Part shown: piece after piece, positions 17,470 to 26,932 of the stretch | Layout of the letters: each line of letters begins with the position of its first letter | Position numbering within the stretch: the first letter of the stretch is position 1 | Notes under the pieces: generated by a model | Seen by the model: only the letters and a program-made list of their open reading frames with translations | Databases searched by the model: none | Told to the model about the DNA's origin: nothing | Made by a program: the position numbers and the translations under genes | Assembly (NCBI GenBank): GCA_041911275.1 | Contig: JAYRPG010000174.1 | Span: 24,268 to 88,267, forward strand | Length of the DNA stretch: 64,000 bases | Source of the DNA: Ferruginibacter sp. | GTDB lineage: Bacteria > Bacteroidota > Bacteroidia > Chitinophagales > Chitinophagaceae | Direction: 5' to 3'

Positions 17470-18792
17470 ATGAAAATTATGAAATTCGGCGGCACCAGTG
17501 TGGGGAAGCCGGAACGCATGCATGAAGTGGCCCGCCTGATCACGGCCGATACGGAACAGAAAATCGTGGTACTGTCGGCACTCAGCGGCACCACCAATGC
17601 CCTCGTGGAAATCAGCCGCTCCCTTGCGGAAGGCGACCGGCACGGGGCCCGCCAGCAGATCGCCCACCTGGAACAGCACTACCGGCAGTTTGCGGAGAAA
17701 CTGGTGCAAACCGAAGCAGGACGGGCAAAAGCCTCCGCCATCATCCAGGAGCACTTCGAATTTCTGAACATCATCCTCAAAATATCGTTCAGCGAAGCAC
17801 TGAACAAGGATATCCTGGCCCAGGGCGAACTGCTGAGCACGAAACTGTTCAGCGCCTGCCTGGAAGAGAAAGGCATTGCACACGAACTCCTGCCGGCACT
17901 GGATTTCATGACCATCGACCAGTTTGATGAACCCCAGATCGGGAGCATCAAGGTAAAACTCTCCCAATTGCTCAACCGGCACAAAGACAAAGCCCTCTTC
18001 ATCACCCAGGGATACATCAGCCGCAACGCCCGCGGAGAAGTGGACAACCTGAAACGCGGCGGCAGTGATTATTCCGCTTCCCTGATAGCCGCGGCAGTGA
18101 ATGCCAGTGTTTGCGAAATCTGGACAGACATCGACGGCATGCACAACAACGATCCCCGCATTGTTCAGAAAACCGTGCCGATCGATCAACTGAGTTTTGA
18201 CGAGGCCGCTGAGCTGGCTTATTTCGGCGCCAAAATCCTGCACCCGGCGAGCATCTGGCCTGCCCAGTTTTACAATGTGCCGGTACGCCTGCTCAATACC
18301 CTGCAGCCCGATGCGCCGGGCACCCTCATCACGGAAAAAGCCGCCAGCACAGGCCCCAAAGCCGTGGCCGCCAAAGACGGCATCACGGCCATCCGGATCA
18401 AAAGCAGCCGCATGCTCCTGGCCTACGGCTTCCTCCGCAAGATTTTTGAAGTGTTCGAGAAATACCGCACCCCGATTGATATGATCACCACTTCTGAAGT
18501 GGCCGTGTCGCTCACCATTGATCACGATGTACACCTCAGAGAAATCATCCGGGAACTGGAACCTTTTGGCACGGTGGAGGTAGATGCCAATCAAACCATC
18601 GTTTCCATCGTGGGCAACGCCATTAACCAGGATCAGGATGTGCTGGCCCGTATTTTCGGATCACTGGGCAAACTGCCCATCCGCATGGTGAGTTACGGAG
18701 GCAGCCACCACAATGTGTCGCTGCTGGTACCCCGGCAGTACAAGGAAACCACCCTGCAACTGCTGAACAAGGGTTTATTTGGCCTGGACTAA
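17470..18792 (+). CDS. lysC: Aspartate kinase
   Basis: MKFGGTSVG start, GGSDYSA and TDIDGM motifs, and C-terminal ACT domains. Confidence 0.9.
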   Translation: MKIMKFGGTSVGKPERMHEVARLITADTEQKIVVLSALSGTTNALVEISRSLAEGDRHGARQQIAHLEQHYRQFAEKLVQTEAGRAKASAIIQEHFEFLNIILKISFSEALNKDILAQGELLSTKLFSACLEEKGIAHELLPALDFMTIDQFDEPQIGSIKVKLSQLLNRHKDKALFITQGYISRNARGEVDNLKRGGSDYSASLIAAAVNASVCEIWTDIDGMHNNDPRIVQKTVPIDQLSFDEAAELAYFGAKILHPASIWPAQFYNVPVRLLNTLQPDAPGTLITEKAASTGPKAVAAKDGITAIRIKSSRMLLAYGFLRKIFEVFEKYRTPIDMITTSEVAVSLTIDHDVHLREIIRELEPFGTVEVDANQTIVSIVGNAINQDQDVLARIFGSLGKLPIRMVSYGGSHHNVSLLVPRQYKETTLQLLNKGLFGLD

Positions 18793-18813
18793 GCCTTCAA
18801 AACATCTCCCTCC

Positions 18814-18845
18814 GCCCCGAAATCGTAAATTTCCGGGGCTTTTTT
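18814..18845 (+). terminator. Rho-independent terminator of lysC
   Basis: Stem GCCCCGAAA / TTTCCGGGGC with one bulge, followed by TTTTTT. Confidence 0.65.
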
Positions 18846-18991
18846 ATCTCATTACAACCTTGATATTCAATGGAAAACAACCAATCTGGCGCGATCTGCA
18901 GGAAAAAATAAAAAAAGTATTCTTACGATACAATAACCTTTTCGATCGTACGTTTTCTATGTGGTTTTTCATAGGATATTGGATTTAAAAC

Positions 18992-19023
18992 GGGCAGAGA
19001 TTTCTATCTCAGCCCTTTTTTTT
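18992..19023 (+). terminator. Second +-strand terminator-like hairpin in the lysC-queA spacer
   Basis: Stem GGGCAGAGA / TCTCAGCCC (8 of 9 bp paired) followed by 8 T. Confidence 0.45.
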
Positions 19024-19086
19024 GCCCCCTGCCCACCCATCCACCCTGGCCAAAGGTGCAGTGCAGTTCAGCCGGTCACGTGCAGC

Positions 19087-19118
19087 AAAAAAAAGGTTGC
19101 CGGAAAAATCTGGCAACC
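19087..19118 (-). terminator. Rho-independent terminator of queA
   Basis: On the - strand, stem GGTTGCC / GGCAACC is followed by TTTTTTTT. Confidence 0.65.
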
Positions 19119-19169
19119 TGAATTATTTCTTACCGGAAAACCATCACCGGTTTTCAGCAACCCCCTTAC

Positions 19170-20219
19170 TTAAATAACCAGCATGGCATCCCCGTAGCTG
19201 AAGAAACGGTACTTATCCTTGATCGCCTTTTTATAAGCTTCCATGATGAGGTCGTAGCCGCCAAAAGCGCAGGTCATGATGAGCAAACTGGTTTTGGGCA
19301 GATGAAAATTGGTGACCAGGGCATCGGCGATGGAAAAATGGTAGGGCGGGTGAATGAACATATTGGTCCATCCTTCAGAAGGCTTCAGCAGTTTCTGCGC
19401 CGTGAAGGACGACTCCATGGCCCGCATGGTGGTGGTGCCCACCGAGCAGATGCGCCGGTTATCGGTTTTGGCTTTATTAACGATGGCACAGGCCGTATCA
19501 TCAATCGCATAATACTCGGCATCCATCTTATGTTTGCTGAGGTCTTCCACCTCAATAGGCCGGAAGGTACCCAGCCCGGTATGCAGGGTGGTTTCCGCAA
19601 AACGGATACCCTTGATCTCGAGGCGCTTGATCAGTTCCTTACTGAAATGCAGGCCGGCTGTTGGGGCAGCCACTGCGCCCTCGTGCTTGGCGTAAACCGT
19701 TTGATAGCGCTCCCGGTCTTCTTCATCAGGTTTGCGCTTGATGTACTTGGGCAGCGGGGTTTCTCCCATAAACTCCAGCATCTTGCGGAAATCTTCTTCC
19801 GTACCGTCCCAGAGGAAACGAATAGTACGGCCCCGGCTGGTGGTGTTGTCGATCACTTCGGCCACCAGTTCATCGTTTTCGCCGAAATAAAGTTTATTGC
19901 CTACCCTGATTTTACGGGCCGGATCCACGATCACATCCCAGAGGCGGTTGGGGCGGTTCAGTTCACGGAGGAGAAACACTTCAATTTTGGCACCGGTTTT
20001 TTCCTTGCGGCCATACATGCGGGCCGGAAACACTTTGGTGTTGTTCACCACCATCACGTCCTTGTCGTCGAAAAAGTCAATGATTTCGCGGAAATACCGG
20101 TCTTCAATTTTGCCGGTGCTGCGGTGTACCACCATCATCCGGCTGTCTTCACGTTTCTTGGTAGGATTCTGGGCGATGAGATTCAGAGGGAGGTCGAAAC
20201 GGAACTGGCTTAATTTCAT
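19170..20219 (-). CDS. queA: S-adenosylmethionine:tRNA ribosyltransferase-isomerase
   Basis: [19 protein letters not shown] start and a full-length QueA pattern (TAGLHF, VGTT). The ATG at 20219 is preferred. Confidence 0.9.
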   Translation of the reverse strand: MKLSQFRFDLPLNLIAQNPTKKREDSRMMVVHRSTGKIEDRYFREIIDFFDDKDVMVVNNTKVFPARMYGRKEKTGAKIEVFLLRELNRPNRLWDVIVDPARKIRVGNKLYFGENDELVAEVIDNTTSRGRTIRFLWDGTEEDFRKMLEFMGETPLPKYIKRKPDEEDRERYQTVYAKHEGAVAAPTAGLHFSKELIKRLEIKGIRFAETTLHTGLGTFRPIEVEDLSKHKMDAEYYAIDDTACAIVNKAKTDNRRICSVGTTTMRAMESSFTAQKLLKPSEGWTNMFIHPPYHFSIADALVTNFHLPKTSLLIMTCAFGGYDLIMEAYKKAIKDKYRFFSYGDAMLVI

Positions 20220-20225
20220 GTGTAT

Positions 20226-20233
20226 CAAATATA
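20226..20233 (-). promoter_or_regulatory. -7 box TATATTTG, 6 nt upstream of the queA ATG
   Basis: The - strand reads TATATTTG-ATACAC-ATG. Confidence 0.4.
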
Positions 20234-20361
20234 TTTTGTGTTGATAATCACATGCCTGTTGCTGTGGAAACAGCGATGTAGCCTGCCGGGGCAGACGCTT
20301 ATCATGTTACGGCATGATTTTTAAAGAGTGCGAAGGTAAGATAAAAAGGAATACGAATATT

Positions 20362-22032
20362 TCAGGCTTCCGGCAGGGAGCGGCCCGGGATGGCGCGGAT
20401 CAGTTCCTGCGTGCAGGCATGGCGGGGATGGCGGTATAACACATCCGAATCGCCTGCCTCCACGATGCGCCCGGCCTGCATCACCATCATCCTCGGACAG
20501 AGGTAGCGCACCACCGCCAGGTCGTGCGAGATAAAAAGCGCGGAGAACCCCAGTTCAGCGCTGAGGCGGTTGAGGAGGTTCAGCACCTGCGCCTGGATGC
20601 GCACATCCAGGGCACTCACACTTTCATCAAAAACCAGGAAGGAGGGCTCGGCCGCCAGCGCCCGGGCAATGCAGATGCGCTGCCGCTGTCCCCCGCTGAA
20701 CTGATGCGGGTAACGGTGCCGGTGATCGGCCGGCAACTGCACCTGTTCCAGCAACTGCACCACCCGCTCCTCCCGCTGCCGGCGGTTGCGGAGGGTTCCC
20801 CGCACCAGGATGGGCTCAGCAATGGCTTCCCCGATACTGAGCCGGGGATTGAGCGACCCGAAGGGATCCTGGAAAACAATCTGCAGTTCGCTGCGGCGGT
20901 GCCCTCCGTACCGGATGGGCATGCCATTCAGCAGGATGGAGCCTGAAGCCGGTTTTACCAGCTGCAGGAGCGCTTTGGCCAGGGTTGACTTTCCGCAGCC
21001 GCTCTCTCCCACCAAACCGAGCATCTCACCTTTACTCACGGTAAAGCTTACCCGATCCACAGCGCGGTATGGCTCCCGGGTTTTACCCGTGAATGAACGG
21101 TGCGCCGGGTACTCCACCACCAGGTCCTGTACTTCCAGCACCGGCTTCGGGTTCACTAAAGGATCAGCAGGCGCCGGGGTCGCGAGCGGAGTGGTCCATC
21201 CGGCTTCCAGGCCGGCATCACCCACCACGGGCAGCGGTTCGCCCCGCAGGTAACGGGCGGGCCGGCAGCTGAGCAAGGCGCGGGTATAGGGATGCCGGGG
21301 ATTTCGCAGCACCTGCTCTACCGTTCCGGTTTCAACAGCCTCGCCGCGGTACATCACCAGCACCCGGTCGGCCACATCGGCCACCAGGCCCAGGTCATGG
21401 GTGATGAACAGCACCGCCATCCCCCGCTCCTGCTGCAATTCCCGGATCAGTTCCAGTACGGCCCGCTGTACGGTAACATCCAGTGCCGTAGTGGGTTCAT
21501 CCGCGATGAGGAGGGCAGGATGACCGCTGATGGCCATGGCGATCATGAGCCGTTGCTGCTGTCCGCCGCTGAGCTGGTGCGGATAACGACGCAGGACAGC
21601 GGCGGGGTCGGGTAAACGCACCCGCTCCAGCAAACGAAGGGCTGTTTCGCGGGCGGCAGACCGGCTGCAGGCCCGGTGCGCCCGGATGGCCTCTGTCAGC
21701 TGGGCGCCGCAAGTCATCACCGGGTTCAGGCTGGTCATGGGTTCCTGGAAAATCATGGCCACCTGCCCGCCGCGGAGGGAGCGGAGTGCACGGGCATCAG
21801 CCTGGAGGAGGTCCAGGACGGGTGCATCGCCAGCCCCAAACCAGGCCTTCCCCTGCACCCGGGCCTGACCCGCCAGCAGCTGCATCAGGGAGAGTGCCGT
21901 AACCGACTTGCCGCTGCCGCTCTCGCCGACAATGGCCAGCATTTCGCCCGGCTCCATCGCGAACGACAGGTGCCGCACGGCTTCAACCGGGCCAAATGCG
22001 ATATGCAAATCCTCAACCTGCAGCAGGGGCAT
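20362..22032 (-). CDS. Fused double-ATPase ABC transporter ATP-binding protein (Dpp/Opp/YejF-like)
   Basis: Two Walker A motifs (GESGSGKS, GESGCGKS) and two signature motifs (LSGGQQQR, FSGGQRQR). The start at MPLLQVEDL (22032) is preferred over the 32-codon upstream extension. Confidence 0.85.
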   Translation of the reverse strand: MPLLQVEDLHIAFGPVEAVRHLSFAMEPGEMLAIVGESGSGKSVTALSLMQLLAGQARVQGKAWFGAGDAPVLDLLQADARALRSLRGGQVAMIFQEPMTSLNPVMTCGAQLTEAIRAHRACSRSAARETALRLLERVRLPDPAAVLRRYPHQLSGGQQQRLMIAMAISGHPALLIADEPTTALDVTVQRAVLELIRELQQERGMAVLFITHDLGLVADVADRVLVMYRGEAVETGTVEQVLRNPRHPYTRALLSCRPARYLRGEPLPVVGDAGLEAGWTTPLATPAPADPLVNPKPVLEVQDLVVEYPAHRSFTGKTREPYRAVDRVSFTVSKGEMLGLVGESGCGKSTLAKALLQLVKPASGSILLNGMPIRYGGHRRSELQIVFQDPFGSLNPRLSIGEAIAEPILVRGTLRNRRQREERVVQLLEQVQLPADHRHRYPHQFSGGQRQRICIARALAAEPSFLVFDESVSALDVRIQAQVLNLLNRLSAELGFSALFISHDLAVVRYLCPRMMVMQAGRIVEAGDSDVLYRHPRHACTQELIRAIPGRSLPEA

Positions 22033-22141
22033 GCCTAAAAGTACAGCAAAACAAGGGAGAAAAGGTGGGCAGACGCCAGCCAGTGCCGGAACCGGAAGCA
22101 GGAAGCCCGGATACCCGCTCCTCCCCAATCGGCATTTTCCT

Positions 22142-22149
22142 TACTTTTG
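22142..22149 (+). promoter_or_regulatory. -7 box TACTTTTG upstream of the YebC-family gene
   Basis: Matches TAnnTTTG and lies 51 nt upstream of the ATG at 22201. Confidence 0.4.
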
Positions 22150-22200
22150 CGCACCCCGGCAGAAGGCCGGACCTATAACCGACCACCTAAACATCTTGAT

Positions 22201-22911
22201 ATGGGAAGGATTTTTGAAGTACGTAAAAGCACCATGTTTGCCCGCTGGGACCGGATGGCCAAGCAGTTTACCCGCATCGGCAAGGAAATCGCGATTGCGG
22301 TAAAAGCCGGCGGACCGGATCCTGACAACAACCCGGCCCTCCGCCGCTGCTATCTCAATGCCAAGGCCGTGAACATGCCCAAAGACCGGGTGGAAGCAGC
22401 CATCAAAAGGGCCATGGGCAAAGACAAAACCGATTACGAAGAAATCGTGTATGAGGGCTATGCACCGCATGGCGTGGCCGTGATGGTGGAAACCGCCACC
22501 GACAACCCCACCCGCACCGTGGCCAACGTACGGATGCATTTCAACAAAAACAACGGCACCCTGGGCACCAGCGGCAGTGTGGCTTTTTCGTTTAACCGGA
22601 TGGGTGAGTTCAAGGTAAAAAACTCAGGACAGAACCTGGAAGACCTGGAACTGGAACTGATTGATTTTGGCCTGGAGGAGATTGGTGAAGACAGCGAGGG
22701 CAATATCATCATCCGCACGCCCTTTACCGAATTCGGCAATATGAGCAAGGCACTGGAAGAGAAAAAAGTGGAGGTGATCAGCGCCGAGCCCACCCGCATC
22801 CCCGGGAACACCGTGGAACTGTCGGAAGAGCAGGCCAACGATGTGCTGAAACTCATCGACCAGCTGGAGCAGGATGACGACGTTCAGAAAGTATACCACA
22901 ACCTGAAATAA
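22201..22911 (+). CDS. yebC: YebC/PmpR family DNA-binding transcriptional regulator
   Basis: MGRIFEVRK...[14 protein letters not shown]...[14 protein letters not shown] pattern; 236 aa. Confidence 0.88.
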   Translation: MGRIFEVRKSTMFARWDRMAKQFTRIGKEIAIAVKAGGPDPDNNPALRRCYLNAKAVNMPKDRVEAAIKRAMGKDKTDYEEIVYEGYAPHGVAVMVETATDNPTRTVANVRMHFNKNNGTLGTSGSVAFSFNRMGEFKVKNSGQNLEDLELELIDFGLEEIGEDSEGNIIIRTPFTEFGNMSKALEEKKVEVISAEPTRIPGNTVELSEEQANDVLKLIDQLEQDDDVQKVYHNLK

Positions 22912-22933
22912 CGGGAAGGATCACCCGCAAAAG

Positions 22934-22976
22934 CCGGAACCGGTGTCTGAAGATCAAGACAGGGTTCCGGTTTTTT
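22934..22976 (+). terminator. Rho-independent terminator of the yebC-family gene
   Basis: Stem CCGGAACC...GGTTCCGG with inner TGTCT/AGACA pairing, followed by TTTTTT. Confidence 0.7.
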
Positions 22977-23148
22977 ATTTTGCATCCGCGCTGCCCTGCC
23001 GCTCTTTTGTGAACTGGCGCAGCAGGATAAAAAGCAACAGGAAGCGGAGCAGGTTCAGCATGAGCATGGCATCACCAGGTTTTCCGCGAAGATCAGAGCC
23101 CGGTTTTGCGAAGCAGTTAAGCGTGCATGAACAAACTGTTAAGCCGGG

Positions 23149-24249
23149 TTATTGTCCGCCAATGGCCATCACCTTTACCGTAAAGCCTGCATTCACCGTT
23201 TGTGAACCCGCGTTGTGCACATAAAGGGTTGCACTGTTATCGGTAACGTCTGCCAGATGCATCACCAGGGGCGCCCAGTCGGCGGGACTGCCCGAAACGA
23301 TCTGGCCGGTATAGGCTTCCGTTTGTCCGCTGAAAGGTTCCGGCCAGCTGATGCTGAAACTGCGCGTCTGTGCCGGCAGAAACTCCCCACTCACGGAAAC
23401 GGTTACACTTAATTTTTTCAGCTGGAGGCCGCCGGTGTTGCGGATCAGCCCCTTTCCGTTCTGTACGGTGAGTGAGCCGCTGAAGCGGCCGCTTCCGGCC
23501 ACCTCCAGTTTTTCTGCCGGCGCCAGCACCCCGATACCCGTGTTGCCGTTCTGCAGGATGGTGAGGGCATTGCTGCGGACCTGCTCCGACAGGCCATTGC
23601 CCACCTGGAAGATCCGGTTATCAGCCTGGGGCAGCAACGGATCACCGGTGCGGGCGGTATCATTGAACAATCCCGCTGTAAAACTGCCATAAGCCCAGGC
23701 CGTATTGCGGTAGCCCAGTGCCATGGCTCCCCGGCCGTAAGCATAGTTGCGGTAGCCTGCCGCCAGCGAAACATCTCCTGCCGCCACACTGCCATCGCCC
23801 AGGCCCACCGCGGTTTCTCCATCGGCCCGGGCGCCGTAACCCGCCGCCAGGGTGAAGGCGCCATTGGCCTGAGAGAGGTAGCCCAGCGCCACGGTTGCCG
23901 ATTCCAGCGCCTTATTGCCATAACCGATGGCAGCCGACCACTGCCCCCCGGCCTGGTTACCCTGTCCGGATGCCAGTGAATAATTCCCCATCAGGCTCTC
24001 ATCCAGGTCTTCCGGAAAGGCAAAACCATTGCGGAGGGCGCCCTTATTGACCTGCCACAAAAAAATGCGGCCAAAAGCAGGGGGATTGAACAAGGCCGGA
24101 TTGGCCGCGGCAAACCCGTTGCTGTAAAAAAGCACATTACCGTCTTCGGCGTGCAGGAGGGCCAGCGGACTGGGGGTACCCAGTCCAACGTACTGAGCAA
24201 GAGCAAACTGCGAAACAGCCAGGCCAAGCAGCAGGAAAAAGTTTTTCAT
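23149..24249 (-). CDS. Secreted protein with YadA-head-like (Hep_Hag-like) Gly/Tyr/Ala repeats; function unknown
   Basis: Signal peptide MKNFFLLLGLAVSQFALAQ. Repeats AIGYGNKA, ALGYLSQA, AAGYGARA, AAGYRNYA, ALGYRNTA, then FQVGNG...RSNALTILQNGNTGIG. Confidence 0.6.
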   Translation of the reverse strand: MKNFFLLLGLAVSQFALAQYVGLGTPSPLALLHAEDGNVLFYSNGFAAANPALFNPPAFGRIFLWQVNKGALRNGFAFPEDLDESLMGNYSLASGQGNQAGGQWSAAIGYGNKALESATVALGYLSQANGAFTLAAGYGARADGETAVGLGDGSVAAGDVSLAAGYRNYAYGRGAMALGYRNTAWAYGSFTAGLFNDTARTGDPLLPQADNRIFQVGNGLSEQVRSNALTILQNGNTGIGVLAPAEKLEVAGSGRFSGSLTVQNGKGLIRNTGGLQLKKLSVTVSVSGEFLPAQTRSFSISWPEPFSGQTEAYTGQIVSGSPADWAPLVMHLADVTDNSATLYVHNAGSQTVNAGFTVKVMAIGGQ

Positions 24250-24463
24250 GACTGGATCAATTTTGTGATAAAGGTAAACCCGGCAACGCAATCCGGAAAA
24301 TACCACTGCCCTGATGCAGCGGCCAGGCTGGCGGGGGTTATGCAATACCGGACGGGTCCCAAAATTCCTTTAACTTTTCTTTTACATTTTCAAAATATGA
24401 TTATTTTCATAGCCGGCCGGCCTGAAATGGCGGCTGCATTGTTCAACCCAACCATCCATCAAA

Positions 24464-25453
24464 ATGAAAAAAATCCTTTTCCTCCTGCTCAGCGGGGGTA
24501 TGCTGGTCAGCTCCTGTCACAAAACAGATGTGGCTACCCTGCCTTCCGACAATGAAGAACCCGCCGCCATCAATGGCCGGCGCTGTGCATCGTATGAAGT
24601 GCTGCAGGAAAATATAAAGGCTGATCCTTCCATCCGCCAGCGGATGAATGAAATTGAGGCCTTCACCGGCCGGATGCTGCAGGATCCCGGGTTTATGCAG
24701 CGGCTTTCCGGCGACACGATGATCATTCCCGTAGTGGTGAATGTGCTGTACCGAACGAGCACGGAGAACATCAGCCTGAGCCAGATCCAGTCACAGATTG
24801 CCGTACTGAACGAAGATTACGGCGGCGCCAATGCCGACATCGCGAAAGTGCCTTCCACCTTTACCGGGGTAAAAGCCGGCGATACCAAAATCCGGTTTGT
24901 GCTGGATCAGGTGATCCGGAAAAGCACCAACAAAAAAAGCTGGGGTACCAATGATGCCATGAAGAAGAGTTCACAGGGCGGCATCAACCCCACCAGCCCC
25001 ACCACCAAACTCAATATCTGGGTTTGCATCCTCAGCAATGGTATCCTGGGCTATGCCCAGTTCCCCGGAGGCAACTCCGCTACGGATGGTGTAGTGATCA
25101 CCACGCCCGCTTTCGGCAGCCGCGCCAAATTCTCAGGCGGTTATTATACCAGCACCTACGACCTGGGCCGCACGGCCACGCATGAAGTGGGTCACTGGCT
25201 GAACCTGCGGCATATCTGGGGCGATGCCACCTGCGGCAGTGACCTGGTAGACGATACCCCGCTGCACAATACCGCCAACTACGGTTGCCCGGCAGCAGGC
25301 CACCGCAGCACCTGCACCGGCACCCCCGTGGAAATGACGATGAACTACATGGATTATACGGATGATGCCTGCATGTACATGTTCAGTGCCGGCCAGAAAG
25401 CCCGTATGGCCGCCACCTGGGTCACCGGCGGTCCCCGCGCCAGCTTCCGCTGA
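24464..25453 (+). CDS. Zinc metalloprotease lipoprotein, metzincin M43 (pappalysin/cytophagalysin-like)
   Basis: Lipobox MKKILFLLLSGGMLVSSC and zinc motif HEVGHWLNLRHIWGD. Confidence 0.8.
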   Translation: MKKILFLLLSGGMLVSSCHKTDVATLPSDNEEPAAINGRRCASYEVLQENIKADPSIRQRMNEIEAFTGRMLQDPGFMQRLSGDTMIIPVVVNVLYRTSTENISLSQIQSQIAVLNEDYGGANADIAKVPSTFTGVKAGDTKIRFVLDQVIRKSTNKKSWGTNDAMKKSSQGGINPTSPTTKLNIWVCILSNGILGYAQFPGGNSATDGVVITTPAFGSRAKFSGGYYTSTYDLGRTATHEVGHWLNLRHIWGDATCGSDLVDDTPLHNTANYGCPAAGHRSTCTGTPVEMTMNYMDYTDDACMYMFSAGQKARMAATWVTGGPRASFR

Positions 25454-25478
25454 TCCCGGTCCAACGATAACCTATCCG

Positions 25479-25508
25479 GCGCTCACCCCAACGGGTGAGC
25501 GCTTTTTT
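25479..25508 (+). terminator. Rho-independent terminator of the M43 protease gene
   Basis: Perfect 10-bp stem GCGCTCACCC / GGGTGAGCGC followed by TTTTTT. Confidence 0.75.
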
Positions 25509-25543
25509 GTGAGGCCTACCCTGTTACCGGGCAGTGAACAACG

Positions 25544-26239
25544 TCAGCGGATATCATCAGGCTCCGGGAGGGGGAGCTGCAGGCCCAGCGGTTCAAAATA
25601 GTGCTGCCGGGCATTGGAGAAGAACCAGCTCACATCATGCACATCAGCATGGCCATGCGTATCTGCCAGTTTGAACAGAAGCAGGTACAGCAGGCCTGCG
25701 GCAGCGCGGGTGTGGATTTTATCATTGATGTATGCCCAGCGCTCAAAACCCGGCACCACACGGGCTGCCCGGTACTCACGGAAAAGGCCATACGAAATAT
25801 CATGCAGTTCCACGGTGCGGTAAATCCGGTCGCGGCATTCGGGCTGGCCCGACAGTGCATCGCCCAGGATTTCCATGGCGGCCATCAGGCCCACCAGGCC
25901 ATGGCGTTTATGCGCCGGCTTGCCGGTGAGGGGATGCGGAATCACCAGGGTTTTGTCTTCTTCGGTTTTCCCCACATCGTGCAGCAGGGCCACGATCCGC
26001 AATTCTTTTTCCAATTGCGCGGGGTCCAGTTCCAGCTCATGGATGAGGGCAAACAGGCGTCCATAAAACCCCACCGGCGGCTGCCGGAATACCGACTGCA
26101 CGTTCTGCTCCACCGCCTCCAGGTGTTCATGCAGCATCACGCCACTCCGGCTGTTTTCGTGCCGGTCGGGCATACGGCAGGCCTTCTCCCACCATCCGCT
26201 CTGCCGGATCTGCCGTTCCAGTACCTCGTAGTTGAACAT
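25544..26239 (-). CDS. HD-domain phosphohydrolase-like protein; function unknown
   Basis: H...LLHDVGK...HKRHG...ELHD pattern. The ATG at 26239 (MFNYEVL) is preferred over the upstream extension. Confidence 0.65.
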   Translation of the reverse strand: MFNYEVLERQIRQSGWWEKACRMPDRHENSRSGVMLHEHLEAVEQNVQSVFRQPPVGFYGRLFALIHELELDPAQLEKELRIVALLHDVGKTEEDKTLVIPHPLTGKPAHKRHGLVGLMAAMEILGDALSGQPECRDRIYRTVELHDISYGLFREYRAARVVPGFERWAYINDKIHTRAAAGLLYLLLFKLADTHGHADVHDVSWFFSNARQHYFEPLGLQLPLPEPDDIR

Positions 26240-26404
26240 GATGCCTGACCGATTCGTTAATTGCTTACTGCAAAAATAATCCCGCGGCGGCAACCCGCCC
26301 GGGTTTTTGCCGCTGCCGGCAGCGTTGATCCCGATCATTGCCAGCCGCCGGCTGATGCTTATCTTTACAATGCAACCGATCACCCGCATTCAAATACCGC
26401 AGCA

Positions 26405-26899
26405 ATGAAACACTGGATTCCCGCTTCCCTGCTCCTCTTCATCCTGGCCGCCTGTAACCGCGGCGGCGAACAACAGGCTGCAGGGGCCGACAGCCTGCCT
26501 CAGCCGGTAGCCGACAGCCTGGCACCCGTTACGGAAGACACCCATTATTTCTGGGAAGTGGATGAAACAGCCCCGAAAGGCTTTGTGATGAAAAAAGCAC
26601 GGCCGGCTTCGGCGGATTCGCTCAATGCAGCGGCCATCCTCGGTATGCTGAACAGCCAATACCCCGAGCTGAAGATGGAATTGCTGAAATCCTCAGGGGA
26701 TACCGTTTTCGTCAAAGTGGGCAACAGCAAAATGCTCACGCGGCAAATGGGCTCCACCGGGGCGCAGACCGTACTGGCTGAACTCACCTATAACCTCACC
26801 GAAGTGAGCGGTATTCATTATGTGTCGCTGGATTTCGTCCGCGGCGACCACGCCGCCCCCGGTACCTACAGCCGTACAGATTTTGTGGAGGACAACTGA
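26405..26899 (+). CDS. Hypothetical lipoprotein
   Basis: Lipobox MKHWIPASLLLFILAACN. No recognisable catalytic motif. Confidence 0.55.
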   Translation: MKHWIPASLLLFILAACNRGGEQQAAGADSLPQPVADSLAPVTEDTHYFWEVDETAPKGFVMKKARPASADSLNAAAILGMLNSQYPELKMELLKSSGDTVFVKVGNSKMLTRQMGSTGAQTVLAELTYNLTEVSGIHYVSLDFVRGDHAAPGTYSRTDFVEDN

Positions 26900-26932
26900 T
26901 TCAGCAGCTGCTGCCGGTTCCGAAACTGTCGC

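Noticed and set aside
16261-18594. A 363-aa and a 386-aa - strand ORF (16261-17352 and 17434-18594).
   Set aside because: They are antisense to the Ldh-family oxidoreductase gene and to lysC respectively, both of which have strong motif support.
22033-22128. Long N-terminal extensions suggested by the ORF track. The affected ORFs are the ABC ATPase, HD protein to 26389, 924-aa protein to 47863, adhesin-like protein to 24345, E1 to 34508, MoxR to 55171, ApaG to 59610 and DUF4783 to 61546.
   Set aside because: The extensions have non-coding-like or odd composition. Internal ATGs coincide with canonical family N-termini or signal peptides, so I used the shorter models.
22943-23224. A 93-aa + strand ORF downstream of the yebC-family gene.
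   Set aside because: It starts inside the yebC terminator hairpin and runs into the 3' end of the convergent adhesin-like gene. It has no motif and is most likely spurious.
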